64,000 nucleotides of DNA from Leucoraja erinacea (GCF_028641065.1 NC_073395.1:37014001-37078000), one strand, 5' to 3'; shown: positions 51,419 through 62,825, numbered from the stretch's first letter. Program-made: numbers and translations. The notes: generated by a model not told the origin, from the sequence alone.

Positions 51419-52139
51419 AACTACTGTAAGGTCATTGTCCTAAGACTTTAATTCTGTTTCTCTCTATACAATGGCAGGTTTTGTTTTAAAATTCTGGCAT
51501 TTCCTCTAACAGCATAATGGTTCCAATGCATTGCTTCTTTCTGCTATCATTGAATAATGATGATAATAATTTGTTAAAATGCCCAATTGGACAAATCTTT
51601 ACTAATTCAGAGCATGGGTTGCAAAATGAATTTGATATTTTTTATTCATGAAACCAAACTTGTGATATAACACACACCCTGCTTGATAGTCGATGGCTCA
51701 TTTGAGACTACTGCCCATTTGCCCTTTCCACTTGACAAAGTTTTGGATATCTATCCACATGGTTAAATATGGAAGTTCAAGATGCTCGCTGATCTAAACA
51801 GCTCCAGATTTACCACTGAGCCCTGTAATGGACACTGAACCGTTGAGGAAAGCTGTAGATCTACATTGCTCACTCACTTTAGCTTTGCACAGGGTAATTA
51901 TAGGAACATTAATCACAATTCCAATCCTGTGGAAAAAGGCAATCCAGGTACCAATCTTGCCCACGTTATTTCATTCTAAGGTTTGTATCCATTTGTTAGT
52001 CTTTTTAATGCTTGTAATTCTTTTTTTATTATTACTTAAAACATTAAAGTCACTTGAATAGTTTTTAATTATCTCTGAATTTTGCAGACAGGTACAGACT
52101 GGTAAAAAAAAGCCTTTTTGCAGCTTTTGACAGTTGGCA

Positions 52140-52713
52140 TTGGTCCTTCAGCCCACTGACTCCACACAGACCAGTGATCACCAGGGACAATTTACAATTA
52201 CAGAAGCCAATTAACCTATAAACCTGTGCATCTTTGGATTGTTGGAAGAAACCGGAGCACCCAGAGAAAATCGAGGCAGTTACAGGGAAATAATATAAAC
52301 ACCAAACAAACAGCAGCCATAGTCAGGATTGAACCTGGGTCCTCGTTTCTACTCTACTGCTGCACCACCATGCTGTCCAATAGGGCCAAGTGTTACAGGG
52401 ATAGGTATAGGGGTGTGTTGTATCACCTGTGGTTGCAGGGGAAAGTTTTAGGTTTTTTTTAAGAAATTCAGCGCAGAATTAACACTATCCTACACACACT
52501 AGGGACAATTTACACTTATAACAAGCCAATTAACCTACATACCTGTATGCCTTTGGAGTGTGGTAGGAAACCAAAGATCTCGGAGAAAACTCACGCAGGT
52601 CATGGGGAGAATGTACAAACTCTGTACAGACAGCACCCGTAATCGGGTTCGAACCCGGATCTCCGGCGCTGTAAGCGCTGTAAGGCAGCAACTCACCGCT
52701 GCGCCACCGTGCC
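52140..52713 (-). mobile_element. Two HE1-family SINEs (about 52140-52375 and 52455-52713)
   Basis: Two AGCCAATTAACCTA cores, each with a tRNA-like head. Confidence 0.85.
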
Positions 52714-52718
52714 ACCCT

Positions 52719-53990
52719 CGTCCTCCAACATTTCCATCACCTCCAACGTGGTCCCACATCCATCACATGTTCCCATCCCGGTCCCTTTCCACCTTCCTCA
52801 GAGACCACTCTCTATGCATCTCCTTGGTTCACAAGGTACCTGGGAGGGGATGGCTTGGGTGGGAAGGGAAGGGACGAGTGAACCAAGGAGATACATCAGG
52901 AGATACCTCTGTGAAAGGTGGAAAAGGATGGGGATGGGAAGCTGTGATGGGTGTGGGATCACATTGGAGGTGACAGAAATGTTGGAGGATGATGTGTTGA
53001 ATGCGGATAGTGATGGGGTGAAAGGTGAGGACCAGTGGAACTCTATCCTTTTTCCATCTTGGAGGAGAGGTAAGGGACACAGAGTAGATGCAGGTGAAGG
53101 ATCCATCTATGACAGCAGGGTGGAAATCACGTTTACTAAAGAAACAGGACATCTCGGATGTCTTAGAAGGGAAGTCTCATCTTGGGAGCCGATGTGGCCG
53201 AGAGAGAGATTGAGAGAAGGGGATAGGGTCCAGGGTGGAAGTTAGGGGTAAAGTTAATGAAATCATTGAGTTCTGTATGGATGTAGTTGGCAGCCCCGAT
53301 GTAGTCATCGCTGTAACAGAGAAAAAGTTGTGGGGCAGTCTAGTGTACATTTGGAACAAAGACTGTTAGATGTAACCAACAAAAAGGAAGGTTTGCTTAG
53401 CTCTGCCAGTGACCAAAGCTATGTATAACTTGGAAAAAGTGAGAGGAGTCAAAAGGGAGGTTGCTGGGGGTGAGGACAAGGCAGGCGGAGGAGCGAGTCA
53501 GTAGATAATTGGGTCTCTGTTTAAGAAAGAACTAGAGGGCCTTTGGATCGTTCTGATTGGGGATGGTGGTGTAAAGGGACTGGACATCCGTGGTAAAGAT
53601 GAAGCAATGGGGGCTGGTAATTGAAAGTCATTGAAGAGTTGAAGGCCATGTGGGGTGTCTCGGATGTAGGTTGAAAGGGACTGAACTGTAGGATGTAAGA
53701 GCTGTAGGATGTAATCAAGGTATTTGGAGATGAGTTTTATTGGCAGGAGCAGGCCGGCATAATGGGTTTGTCTGGGCAGTCCTTCTTGTAGATTTTGGGA
53801 AGGAGATGGAAGCGGGCAGTGCAGGACCAGGGAATGATAAGGTTGCAGACTGTGGAGGGGAGATCACCAGAGGTGATGGGATCAGAAACAGTCTGGGAGA
53901 TAATGTCCTGGTGTCAGCTTTCAGGATATGCTGCTTGCAGTATGGGACCTGGTCCCTCTTGTAGGGCACCTCTTGGACACCAACCTGACA
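52719..53990 (-). mobile_element. Penelope-like element, decayed RT-linker region with a short inverted duplication
   Basis: FFSKRDFHPAVID..KDRVPLVLTFHP..IQHIILQHF..PGT on the minus strand. 52719-52831 is inverted relative to 52878-52989. Confidence 0.8.
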
Positions 53991-54391
53991 ATGCTTAGCC
54001 CACTGCATGCAGCAAATATGCAAGTCCGTAAGACTTTGAATAAAGACAGTGGACTGGATCCAGAACAATTCCCATTAAAAATGAATGCCAATTCATTTAC
54101 TCATTTTGCTTGCTCAACGGTAAAATTTCACAAACACTTCAATATATCTGTGGATCTCCTATGTTCTATTCCATCTCTTAATTTCTTTTGCTCAGTTTTC
54201 AGATTTTAATAATGTAACTCTCCATGTCTTCACATCAAACTGAATCCTCTGAGCCTGACATTGCGGCAAACCTTCAGACAGTGTACAAGGCAAATCTCTC
54301 CTTTATTTATAAACACCAACATAATGCAGCATGAACATATTTTTATTTTCATTCATGATATGCATTCCTGTCATACTGTGTCATTCATACC

Positions 54392-54745
54392 TATTCATCA
54401 AAGACCCACACCATCCTGGCCACACACTCATCTCCCTGCTATCTTCAGGTAGAAGGTACAGGAGCCTGAAGACTGCAACAACCAGGTTCAGGAATAGCTA
54501 CTTCCCCACAGCCATCAGGCTATTAAACCTGGCTCGGACAAAACTCTGATTATTAATAACCACTTTCTGTTATTTGCACTTTACCAGTTTATTTATTCAT
54601 GTGTGTATATATTTATATCATGATATATGGACACATTTATCTGTTTTGTAGTAAATGCCTACTATTTTCTGTGTGCTTAAGCAAAGCAAGAATTTCATTG
54701 TCCTATACAGGGACACATGACAATAAACTCACTTGAACTTGAACT
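54392..54745 (+). mobile_element. Rex/Babar LINE 3' end with (CTTGAA)n tail
   Basis: [35 protein letters not shown]. Confidence 0.9.
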
Positions 54746-54833
54746 ATTGTCACATATCCAAATTTGATCATTACTCGTGTATTTTTTAACTTAGAACATC
54801 AAAACAATGTCTCTGAAGAAGGGTCACCCATTC

Positions 54834-55340
54834 TCCAGTTGCGGAGCCTGCGGGCTTACCATCGTGGAGCTGGCCGGCTTCGGAGCGTGGAGAGCTGTGG
54901 TGGCGCGCAGCTGCGATCCGACTCCGGAGCTTCGGAGGCTTCAGCAGGAGGTCCGGTGGACGGTGACATCGGGAGCTCGTGGTTCCCTGGTGAGAGACCG
55001 CTTTTCGGAGCTCCCACAAGGGCAACTTCTCCTGCCTGAGTTGCGGGGTTGAAGGTGACCCGGAGCGGGGCCTTAAATCACCTGATGCGGCTTCAACGGC
55101 CGTGGGACTTGTCATCGCCCACCAAAGGCTTTGACATTGGGAGAAGAATGGAGAGCAGGGGAGAGACAAGACTTTGCCTTCCATCACAATGAGGAGGAGA
55201 TTCACTGTAATGGATGTTTGTGTAAATTGTGTCGGTGTGTGCCTTGGTTCTTTTCTTGTTGTATGACTGGAGAAACCAAATTTCATTTGAACTTTATTTG
55301 AGGTTCAAATGACAATAAACGGTATTGTATTGTATTGTAT
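54834..55340 (+). mobile_element. 5'-truncated copy of the 29991 SINE-like family, inserted in a pLTR repeat
   Basis: Colinear with 30230-30748 and has a (TGTAT)n tail. Host CCCATTC..TCCTTCTCTCCAG flanks it. Confidence 0.8.
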
Positions 55341-55823
55341 TCCTTCTCTCCAGTTGCTGCCTGTCCCACTGAGTTACTCCAGCATTTTGTGTCTACTGTG
55401 CATTCAGAGTTTTCAGACCCCTTCACTTTTTCCACATTTTGTTACATTACAGCATTATTTTAAAATGGATTAAATTCATTTTTTTTATCATCAATCTACA
55501 CACAATACCCCAGAATGAAAAAGCAAACACAGGTGTTTAGAAATTTTTGCGAAGTAATTAAAAATAAATAACTGAAATATCACATTTACATAAGTTTTCA
55601 AACTCTTTGCTATGACACTCAAAATTGAGTTCATCCCGTTTCCATTGATTATCCTTGAGATGTTTCCACAACTTGATTGGAGTCCACCTGTGGTAAATTT
55701 TACTTCGGAGTCACGTGAGTGATTCCGTGAAGACCCCAGCGCAGTGCGCATGTGCGACATAATCGCACAGCTGTGCAGAACGCGGCCAGCGGGAGTCGGC
55801 AGCTCCCGCATCCAAGGAACGTG

Positions 55824-55839
55824 AGGTAAGTACTTACCT
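55824..55839 (+). promoter_or_regulatory. Consensus 5' splice donor in the DIRS leader within a perfect 16-bp palindrome
   Basis: AGGTAAGTACTTACCT. Confidence 0.55.
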
Positions 55840-56716
55840 TAATCGGGCCTTGTGGTTTTTGCTCCATGGGGAGCAAAGTAGAGAGGCAGCGGCCCCCGTT
55901 TTGACTCCAGCGAAGGAGCCGACAGTGGAGGGGGAAAGGCGCTAACCGGACCGCAAACGCTGCGGACCGCTGCAGGGTGCTGCGCTAATGCCGGTCCGCT
56001 GAACAGCTGTTTGGTGAACAGCAGCAGACCGGCGGGAAGTTTAAAAACCCGACCGGCAGCCCTGCAGACTCCTGACAAGGAGAATCGCCGCCCGGGAACC
56101 GCTACAATGCCGCCTGAAAAACGGCAGGCAGCCTCTACATACAGGTAAGATAAAAATCTTCCCAATTTAACAGGTTCTACAGGAGCCAACTTCCTCCAAA
56201 ACTGGAACAGGTTGGAGACAGCAAAAATAAGTATGTCTGTCTCCCCAAGCCAGAGGAGGTCATGGAGTTCACCTCCAGGAAAAAAGGGGCACTGGCTGAA
56301 TGCCAAGGGAGCTGACACTCCTACCCCAGTGCTATTGCACTAGCCATCTCCCTGGACGAGGGATTGATGCAACAGCGGAGTTTGAGCTATGCCTCCTCCA
56401 ATTTATAGCACACCCTTTTGCTCCCTCTTTTGAGGCTAGCTAAGGAGGCCAGGGCTGGGCTGGCTTAAACGCTGGGCAGGCGGACGAGAACAGCAGTATG
56501 CCAGGGGAGCAGGATCAGGAAGAGCTACTGGGTGTCGTGGGCCACTACATGGCTCCTCCACGCGACCATCTTCCCAACAAAGCCCTGCAGGAGCAGGCCT
56601 TTCTAGAGGCAAATCCGCAGGCAGCTGGGTCAGCAGACTCGCAGACAAGCAGCGAATTCTGAAGCTCCTAACAGAAGGGTAAGATGTTACCGCCTTTGCT
56701 CGTTTTTCCACGGATC

Positions 56717-56853
56717 ATACTCACCTGGCAGGCGAGACGCCATGATCACCAAGGTGGTTCTCCCAGGATGAGACTATCCCGTTGCACTACCAGGGTGCTG
56801 ACGCCTAAGATGTTCCCAAATTTGGGATACTCGACTGAACAATGGTGCATATA
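56717..56853 (+). ncRNA. RNU1: U1 snRNA-derived sequence (variant or pseudogene, 3'-truncated) embedded in DIRS gag
   Basis: ATACTCACCTGGCAGGCGAGACGCCATGATCACCAAGGTGGTTCTCCCAGG..TTGCACT..GTGCTGAC..CCCAAATTTGGGATACTCGACTG is colinear with U1 from nt 1 to the Sm-site region, roughly 80% identical by eye. Stem-loop 4 is absent. Confidence 0.93.
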
Positions 56854-57222
56854 GACCTGCCCGCAACCCCAAATATACGGGGCTATGCAAACCGCTGCTG
56901 CGGGAAGAGAGGCAGCTAAACCTGTGCGCCTCAAGAGGGCAGGCCATGGAACGAGCAGGACATCGCAACACCCAGCTGGCAGCACCCCTCGGCATCCACC
57001 AGCAATATCAAACAAGGACTGGTGAAAGCCTGGCGACCGCTTCACATTACCCCCAAAGTTCTTTTAGACAGGGGCCCAGAGCGGAGCCGTGGGAAAATGC
57101 GCCGCCCCACCGACAGCACCAGCATACCAGCAAACTAGGCCTTCATGAAAAAACAATAAACATGGAGGTAGGTAGTCTGGTTCCTCCCAGTTTACACTAA
57201 ATAAGGGTGTTCTACTAACTGC

Positions 57223-57253
<31 letters not shown>

Positions 57254-57399
57254 TTTACACTTGTTGATAAAGCATGGGATGCTGTCACAAATAACTAAAA
57301 ATATACTCAACAGTATTAGAAGATAAAAACGAATTCAAATTGGGCATATTACCGCCAGTTCAGCAATGCGCCCAATGGGCATTTTCTCCCTCTAAGAAA

Positions 57400-58950
57400 A
57401 GAGAAGTGAGAAGGTCAAGCTGAACTAGAAAGGCTCATTACTAAACGGATCATGGGAGTAAACATGAACCATTGGAATTTGTATCGAATATATTCACCAA
57501 AACTACAAAAGATGGTGAATGTAGCATCATCATTGATCTAATATCACTAAATAAATCTGTTGAGTATATACACTTTAAGATGGAGACGGGTTTTGTCACT
57601 GCCAGACATCTGATCTCCAAAGGATACCTATGGGGCGCATAGATATGGAAGATGCTAACTATCTTATACCCATACACTAGGATCATTATAGATACCTAAA
57701 AAATTTTACCTGGATAATGGATATCCCGGTTAGGGCAACCATGGGAGCATAGAGCATTCCCTATGGTCTAACCTCAGCCCTAAACTACTATAAATATTTT
57801 AAAAAATGGCCATGAAAATATTAAGAAAACAAGCATAATCATGGCATATATTGGATGATATCCTCATATTAGGGGAAACAAAGAAATTAGCTGTGGGAGC
57901 AGTTCTAGCTATGAAACAGCTCTCTAAAGCTCTGAGGTTTATCCCACGCCCAGATATACCAGAATTGAAGCGTTAACTACCAAGGATTATCTGGGCTTCA
58001 ATAATAATTCCGTCCATATGACTGTTACTTTGCCAAGGTACTTGGGTCACTATAATCAAATCATGAATGTACCCACTGAAGCTATATCACAATTAAGGTG
58101 GTGGGCAGACATATATTTGGCATAGTTCTCAGCCCTATTATCATCACCAATCCCAACTTGGTTATTAAAAACCGATGCCAGTACTTTAGGCTGGGGAGCA
58201 ACTAAACTCCATATCCAGCACAGGTAACAGATGGACCAATTCACAAACATCGTTACTACACATACCGGGCATCAACTACTTGGGATTGGTGATCGCCTAT
58301 TGGGCTAAAAAGCATATGCATTTCAAATGCAGCACGCACATATGTGGTTACGGATTGATAATACTATGGTGGTGGCTTACATCAACCATATGGGGAGCAT
58401 AATAATCATTATTGTGCAACAAATTGGTCAAACAAATCTGGCAATGGTGTGTCAAAAGACATTTTAACTATCAGCTGCCTATGTCCTAGGAAGCTAGAAC
58501 ACAGTGGGAGACACCATGTCACGGGGTAAAATTTATGATTACATTGAATAGATGTCAAACCCAAAATATCTGCTAAAGGTATTAAGCAGTTTGAAAGCCA
58601 GATATCAATTTGGTTCCACAAGACGGAATCACCAGTAACCTATGTATGTGACTTAGGAACCAGATTAGAGGCAGCAGCGATAGATGTCTACACGCTGGAA
58701 GGGGGAATTTCTGCTTTGCCTTCCTCCCTTCTGCCTCATCAGATGGGCACTTCGCAATACAGATGGGATCTGTCTCCGAGGTATTGAACGTGCCCGACCG
58801 GCCTACACAGCCATGGTTCCCAGTTCATCACGACACGGTGGGCGAGTCACCTATGGATTTCCCTAGTGGACCATGGTTGCTGACTCAACCCAGTATCAGG
58901 CACAAGCCACCCATGCCAGGGAAACATCAAACTCCTGGGTGCAGGTTTTG
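57400..58950 (+). pseudogene. DIRS RT / RNase H / methyltransferase-like pseudo-ORF
   Basis: Motifs are recognisable across many frameshifts and stops. Confidence 0.85.
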
Positions 58951-59850
58951 AATAGACCTTACCAGGGACTGGGACTATCCAAAGGAACCATTACCACCAT
59001 GTCGGCATCCCTGCGAACAGTCACTAAAAGCTAACATGGGTAAAATACTGCCACGACGCAGGGACAACGAACTATTCAACCACTGATGTATTGGAGTTCC
59101 TGGAACATCTACACCATGACTAAAAGGTGAGTTACAGTGCCGTAAATACAGCATGGAGCGCCTTATCTGCTTGTCTAAAACAGCATGTCAGCAGAGCATG
59201 GGATCCCATATCTCAGAGAATGGCACCAGCCAGATCCCTCAGCTTGCTCAATCTATGTTAAAAACGCTCATGCTTATGGCTCTCGTACACGCTCACAGAG
59301 TCCAGTCACTCCATAAGACTAGACTGGATAACATGGTGATTACCCCAGACGCATCACGTTCATATTCTAGGTCTGGTAAAATCTAACTCGCAGGTATATG
59401 GGACTAGGCGAGATTATGAGTTCGGCACGGACTAGTAGGGTCGAGATCGCCTGTGTTTTCCGTGCTGTAATCGTTATATGGCTATATGGACCAGGAACGC
59501 CCAATTAACTGGTGGGATTCCGGGCCTACCCACCAGAGTCCAGGTTGAGTGTGGTGACCCATCTACTACTATATATAGACACAACCCACAATCTTAGAGG
59601 GAGAGGAAAGCCTATGGGTCAACCACAGAAACCCCAAGACTGGGTACGAGCCAAACCACTCCAAGGTGGCTCAAACAGGTACTGAAAGCTGCCGGAATAG
59701 ATAATAATACATTTTAATCCCATTCCACTAGGGCAGCATTGGTATCAGCGGCTGAACGAATGGACATCCCGGTTGACCACATTCTCAATACGGCAGAATG
59801 GTCAAGGGAACGACGTTCAGAACATTTTTTATTATAAACCGTTGATAAAC
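58950..59850 (+). pseudogene. DIRS tyrosine recombinase pseudo-ORF
   Basis: SKWLKQVLKAAGID..HSTRAA..ILNTAEWS..FYYK catalytic C-terminal motifs. Confidence 0.85.
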
Positions 59851-60057
59851 CTGATTTAATTGCAGGAAGAATATTACAAACTGCAATATTAATTTAAGCT
59901 CAGGGGAGCTCTTTATGTTGTTATTGTTAACAAATACCTTTCTGTTTCTTGTGAAAGCAGATCCACTGGTTGATCACGATAACACTTCCTCCCTCAAAAA
60001 CTTCGGCAGTGAGTGAAATAAAAACTGTTACACGGTTTGAAATCACAGAACTTTGAA

Positions 60058-60171
60058 GTCTTCACGGAATCACTCACGTGACTCCGAAGTAAAATAGTAA
60101 GATTAAACGAGTACTTACCAGTATGAAGTTTGATCTGTATTTTATGAGGAGTTACGGTGAGGTATTACGTG
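60058..60171 (+). repeat. DIRS internal complementary region (ICR)
   Basis: First 37 nt are the reverse complement of 55698-55734. Last 79 nt are the reverse complement of 60319-60397. Confidence 0.95.
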
Positions 60172-60656
60172 CCCGCCGCTCCCACCCTCAATATATAGAT
60201 CAAACTAATAACTGATGTCTCATGATCTTTACTATCTTACTTCAAATATTGTGTCTATCCTGTGATTTCACACCGCTGCTTCGAAGTATGCCGCACATGC
60301 GCACTGCGCTGGGGTCTTCACGTAATACCTCACCGTAACTCCTCATAAAATACAGATCAAACTTCATACTGGTAAGTACTCGTTTAATCTTACTATTAAA
60401 TTGATTGGCCATGATTTGGAAAGACACACATCTGTCTATATAAGGTCCCACAGTTGACAGTGCATGTCAGAGCAAAAACCAAGCCATGAAGAAATTGTCC
60501 CTAGACCTCCAGAACGTTCCGGACCTCAGACAGGTGCAGAGGTTCACCTTCCAACAGGACAACAACCCTAAGCACACAGCCAAAACAATGCAGGAGTGGC
60601 TTTGTGACAAGTCTGTGAATGTCCTTGAGTGGCCCACAATCGAACATCTCTGGAGG

Positions 60657-61292
60657 TGTTAATCCTGGCCAAATTGGAGAGGCTAGGACACTAAAATGTA
60701 AAGGCTTCTGGGCTGCTAGGTCATTTGGTCAATTTAAAAGTGCTTTCTGTAGAAATGGGACAAGCTGCAGAATGGTGCCAGTTTGTCTAGAGCCTTGATC
60801 AGAGCCGTAGGAAGAGGATGGAAACATCCGAAGACCCTGACAATTAGGTGCAAAATACAAAGAATGGATTGAATGAATGCAAACCAGACATACACACTGC
60901 AAATAATGTTGCAAAGCTTTACGCTGCTGAATGTTGATTGGATTAAGTATTGAGCCTTGTCTGGTTTTCTTGCATATCAGGGCACATGTTGTGATGTTCA
61001 TTTCCTCTGAGAAACACTGTTTGAATACAATGTATTAGCCACTGTATTATTGGGTTAGGGAAATGTCTGTCATGTATGGGGTTTATTGATATCTGTAATT
61101 GGATTGTAAAGAGACCACCCCCATGTGGTTCAGCCTCTCAATGTCCGGGGACCTATAAAAGTTCACTACCATGAGGTCCTGTGTCGATCTTCTGGGAGAG
61201 CGCTGAGGACTGCGTGACCTTCCGGAGTGTCTCTGTTTGAGTGATTTTTGACTGAAACTAGACTGGTGGGAGCTTAGAACAAGCAATATACA
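60657..61292. mobile_element. Solo LTR (636 bp)
   Basis: GAGG|TGT...ACA|GAGG with a 4-bp TSD, splitting Tc1 sequence CTCTGGAGGGACCTG. TATAAAA near 61154. Confidence 0.85.
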
Positions 61293-62727
61293 GAGGGACC
61301 TGAAAATAGCTGTGCATTGACACTCCCCATCCAACCTGAAGGAGCATGAGAGGATCTGCAGAGAAGATTGGGAGAAATTACCCAAATACAGGTGTGCCAA
61401 GCTTGTAGCGTCATACCCAAGAAGACTTGAGGCTGTAATCACCTCCAAAGGTGCCTCAATAAAGTACTGAGTAAATGGTCTAAATACTTATGTAAATGTG
61501 AAATTTCAGTTATTTATTTTTAATTACTTTGCAAAGATTTCTAAAAGCCTGTTTTCACTTTTTTATTATGGACTATTGTGTGTGGATTGATGATAAAAAA
61601 ATAGAATTTAATCAATTTTAGAATAAGGCTGTAACGTAACAAAATGTGGAAAAAATGAAGGGGTCTGAATACATTCTGAATACGTTGCGTCTTCGGTTTA
61701 AACCAGCATCTGCAGTTCCTTCCTGCACAAAACATTTTACTCTTCCATTATCTTAAAATATAATTTTAATCTGAATCTGGTTTATGCTTTTATCAATTTC
61801 TTAGTGAATAGCTGTAAAAATAGCAAGTCCCACGTTTTGATACTATACTCCTTTTAATTATTCATTGACTGATTTAATCTAAACAAAACAACAGAAAACA
61901 ATTAACAATTTCACTGACTGCACACAAAGTAGTTATATGTCTAACTATTTTGTGGTCCCTTGGTGAAATGTGATAGTGTATTGATTATATTCACTGTGCT
62001 CAGCATTTTAAGCCAACTAATTGGGAAACATTTTATGCGTCGTATCAGAATGTTATCCTCGGATCAATAATTCAATCCAATGGTACTAAACAGCAAGAGG
62101 CTCAATGCACTGGGTTTGTGTCAGAATTATGCCCACAAAATGTTCATATTAATCTAAAATCAGAGGTGTCAGGCCATTGAGTTATTTCCCTTTGTTTTTA
62201 GATGTTGACCGACCTGCTGTGTGTTCAGTGTTTTCTCTTCTGGGTTTTCACGTTCTGGTAATTATGTGGATTGGGTTTTAATCACTACTTGAGCATCGAA
62301 ATATGTTCATACAATTCCAAAACTAAAGGCAGTTGAAAGGCCAATTCATGGAGTACAGAATGTTTGAATGCATTTTGGGTTGCATTAGTGCCCTTTGGGA
62401 AATGTCTTTTCCAGGTTTATTTCTCTCGAGCGCTATTTCTCCAGTGTATGTGATATCAATAGTAGTGCCACGTGTACGATTGATCCTTGCTAGTCGGAAA
62501 GGTTACAGTTCTTTCTTAACCATTGAAGAGCCAGCTTTCACTCACCCCGTTTCCCTAAAGTGATGCTATTTAAAGGGCCAGCAGTCAAACTGCATTCTCT
62601 GTCCCCACTGAGATCTCAGCCCTCCTACATTCTCAAGTGTAATCTCACATTGGCCCTGACTGATCTCACACTGTGCTGCTGAGTGCTGCTTCATGAGAGT
62701 CACACAAATTCCATAATAATCTTCACC

Positions 62728-62825
62728 TAAGATAGATGCAAAATGCTGGAGTGGCTCGGCGGGACAGGCAGCATTTCTGGAGAGAAGGAATGGGTAATGT
62801 TTCGATCGAGACCCTTCTTCAGACA
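62728..62825 (-). mobile_element. Penelope pLTR fragment
   Basis: AAATGCTGGAG..GGGACAGGCAGC..GAGACCCTTCTTCAGAC. Confidence 0.8.

Larger units (their letters stand above)
55697..60397 (+). mobile_element. DIRS1-type tyrosine-recombinase retrotransposon, full-length termini, decayed ORFs
   Basis: ITRs plus ICR. Remnants of gag (QRILKLLT, RPARNPKYTGLCK), RT (FVSNIF..KDG..IIDL..LNK..HFKME; LDDILI), RNase H (KTDASTLGWG), a methyltransferase-like region and YR (HSTRAA..DIPVDHILNTAEWS). ATT core at both junctions. Confidence 0.95.
55396..61687 (+). mobile_element. Tc1/mariner (Tc1-type) transposon, internally deleted, hosting a DIRS and a solo LTR
   Basis: TA|CTGTGCATTCAG..TTCAGACCCCTTCA left TIR and a right TIR of about 210 bp. 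[13 protein letters not shown] and IEHLW/RDLK remnants. Inserted in the TA of pLTR GTGTCTA|TCTTCGG. Confidence 0.92.

Noticed and set aside
56717-56853. Functional stand-alone U1 gene
   Set aside because: Flanks are gag sequence with no evident PSE or 3' box, the Sm site is degenerate and SL4 is missing.
55839-57288. GC-rich minus-strand ORFs as a CpG-island gene
   Set aside because: They are antisense to decayed DIRS gag and show no recognisable protein features.
62590-62700. Possible Deu-domain SINE relic
   Set aside because: Similarity too weak to support by eye.
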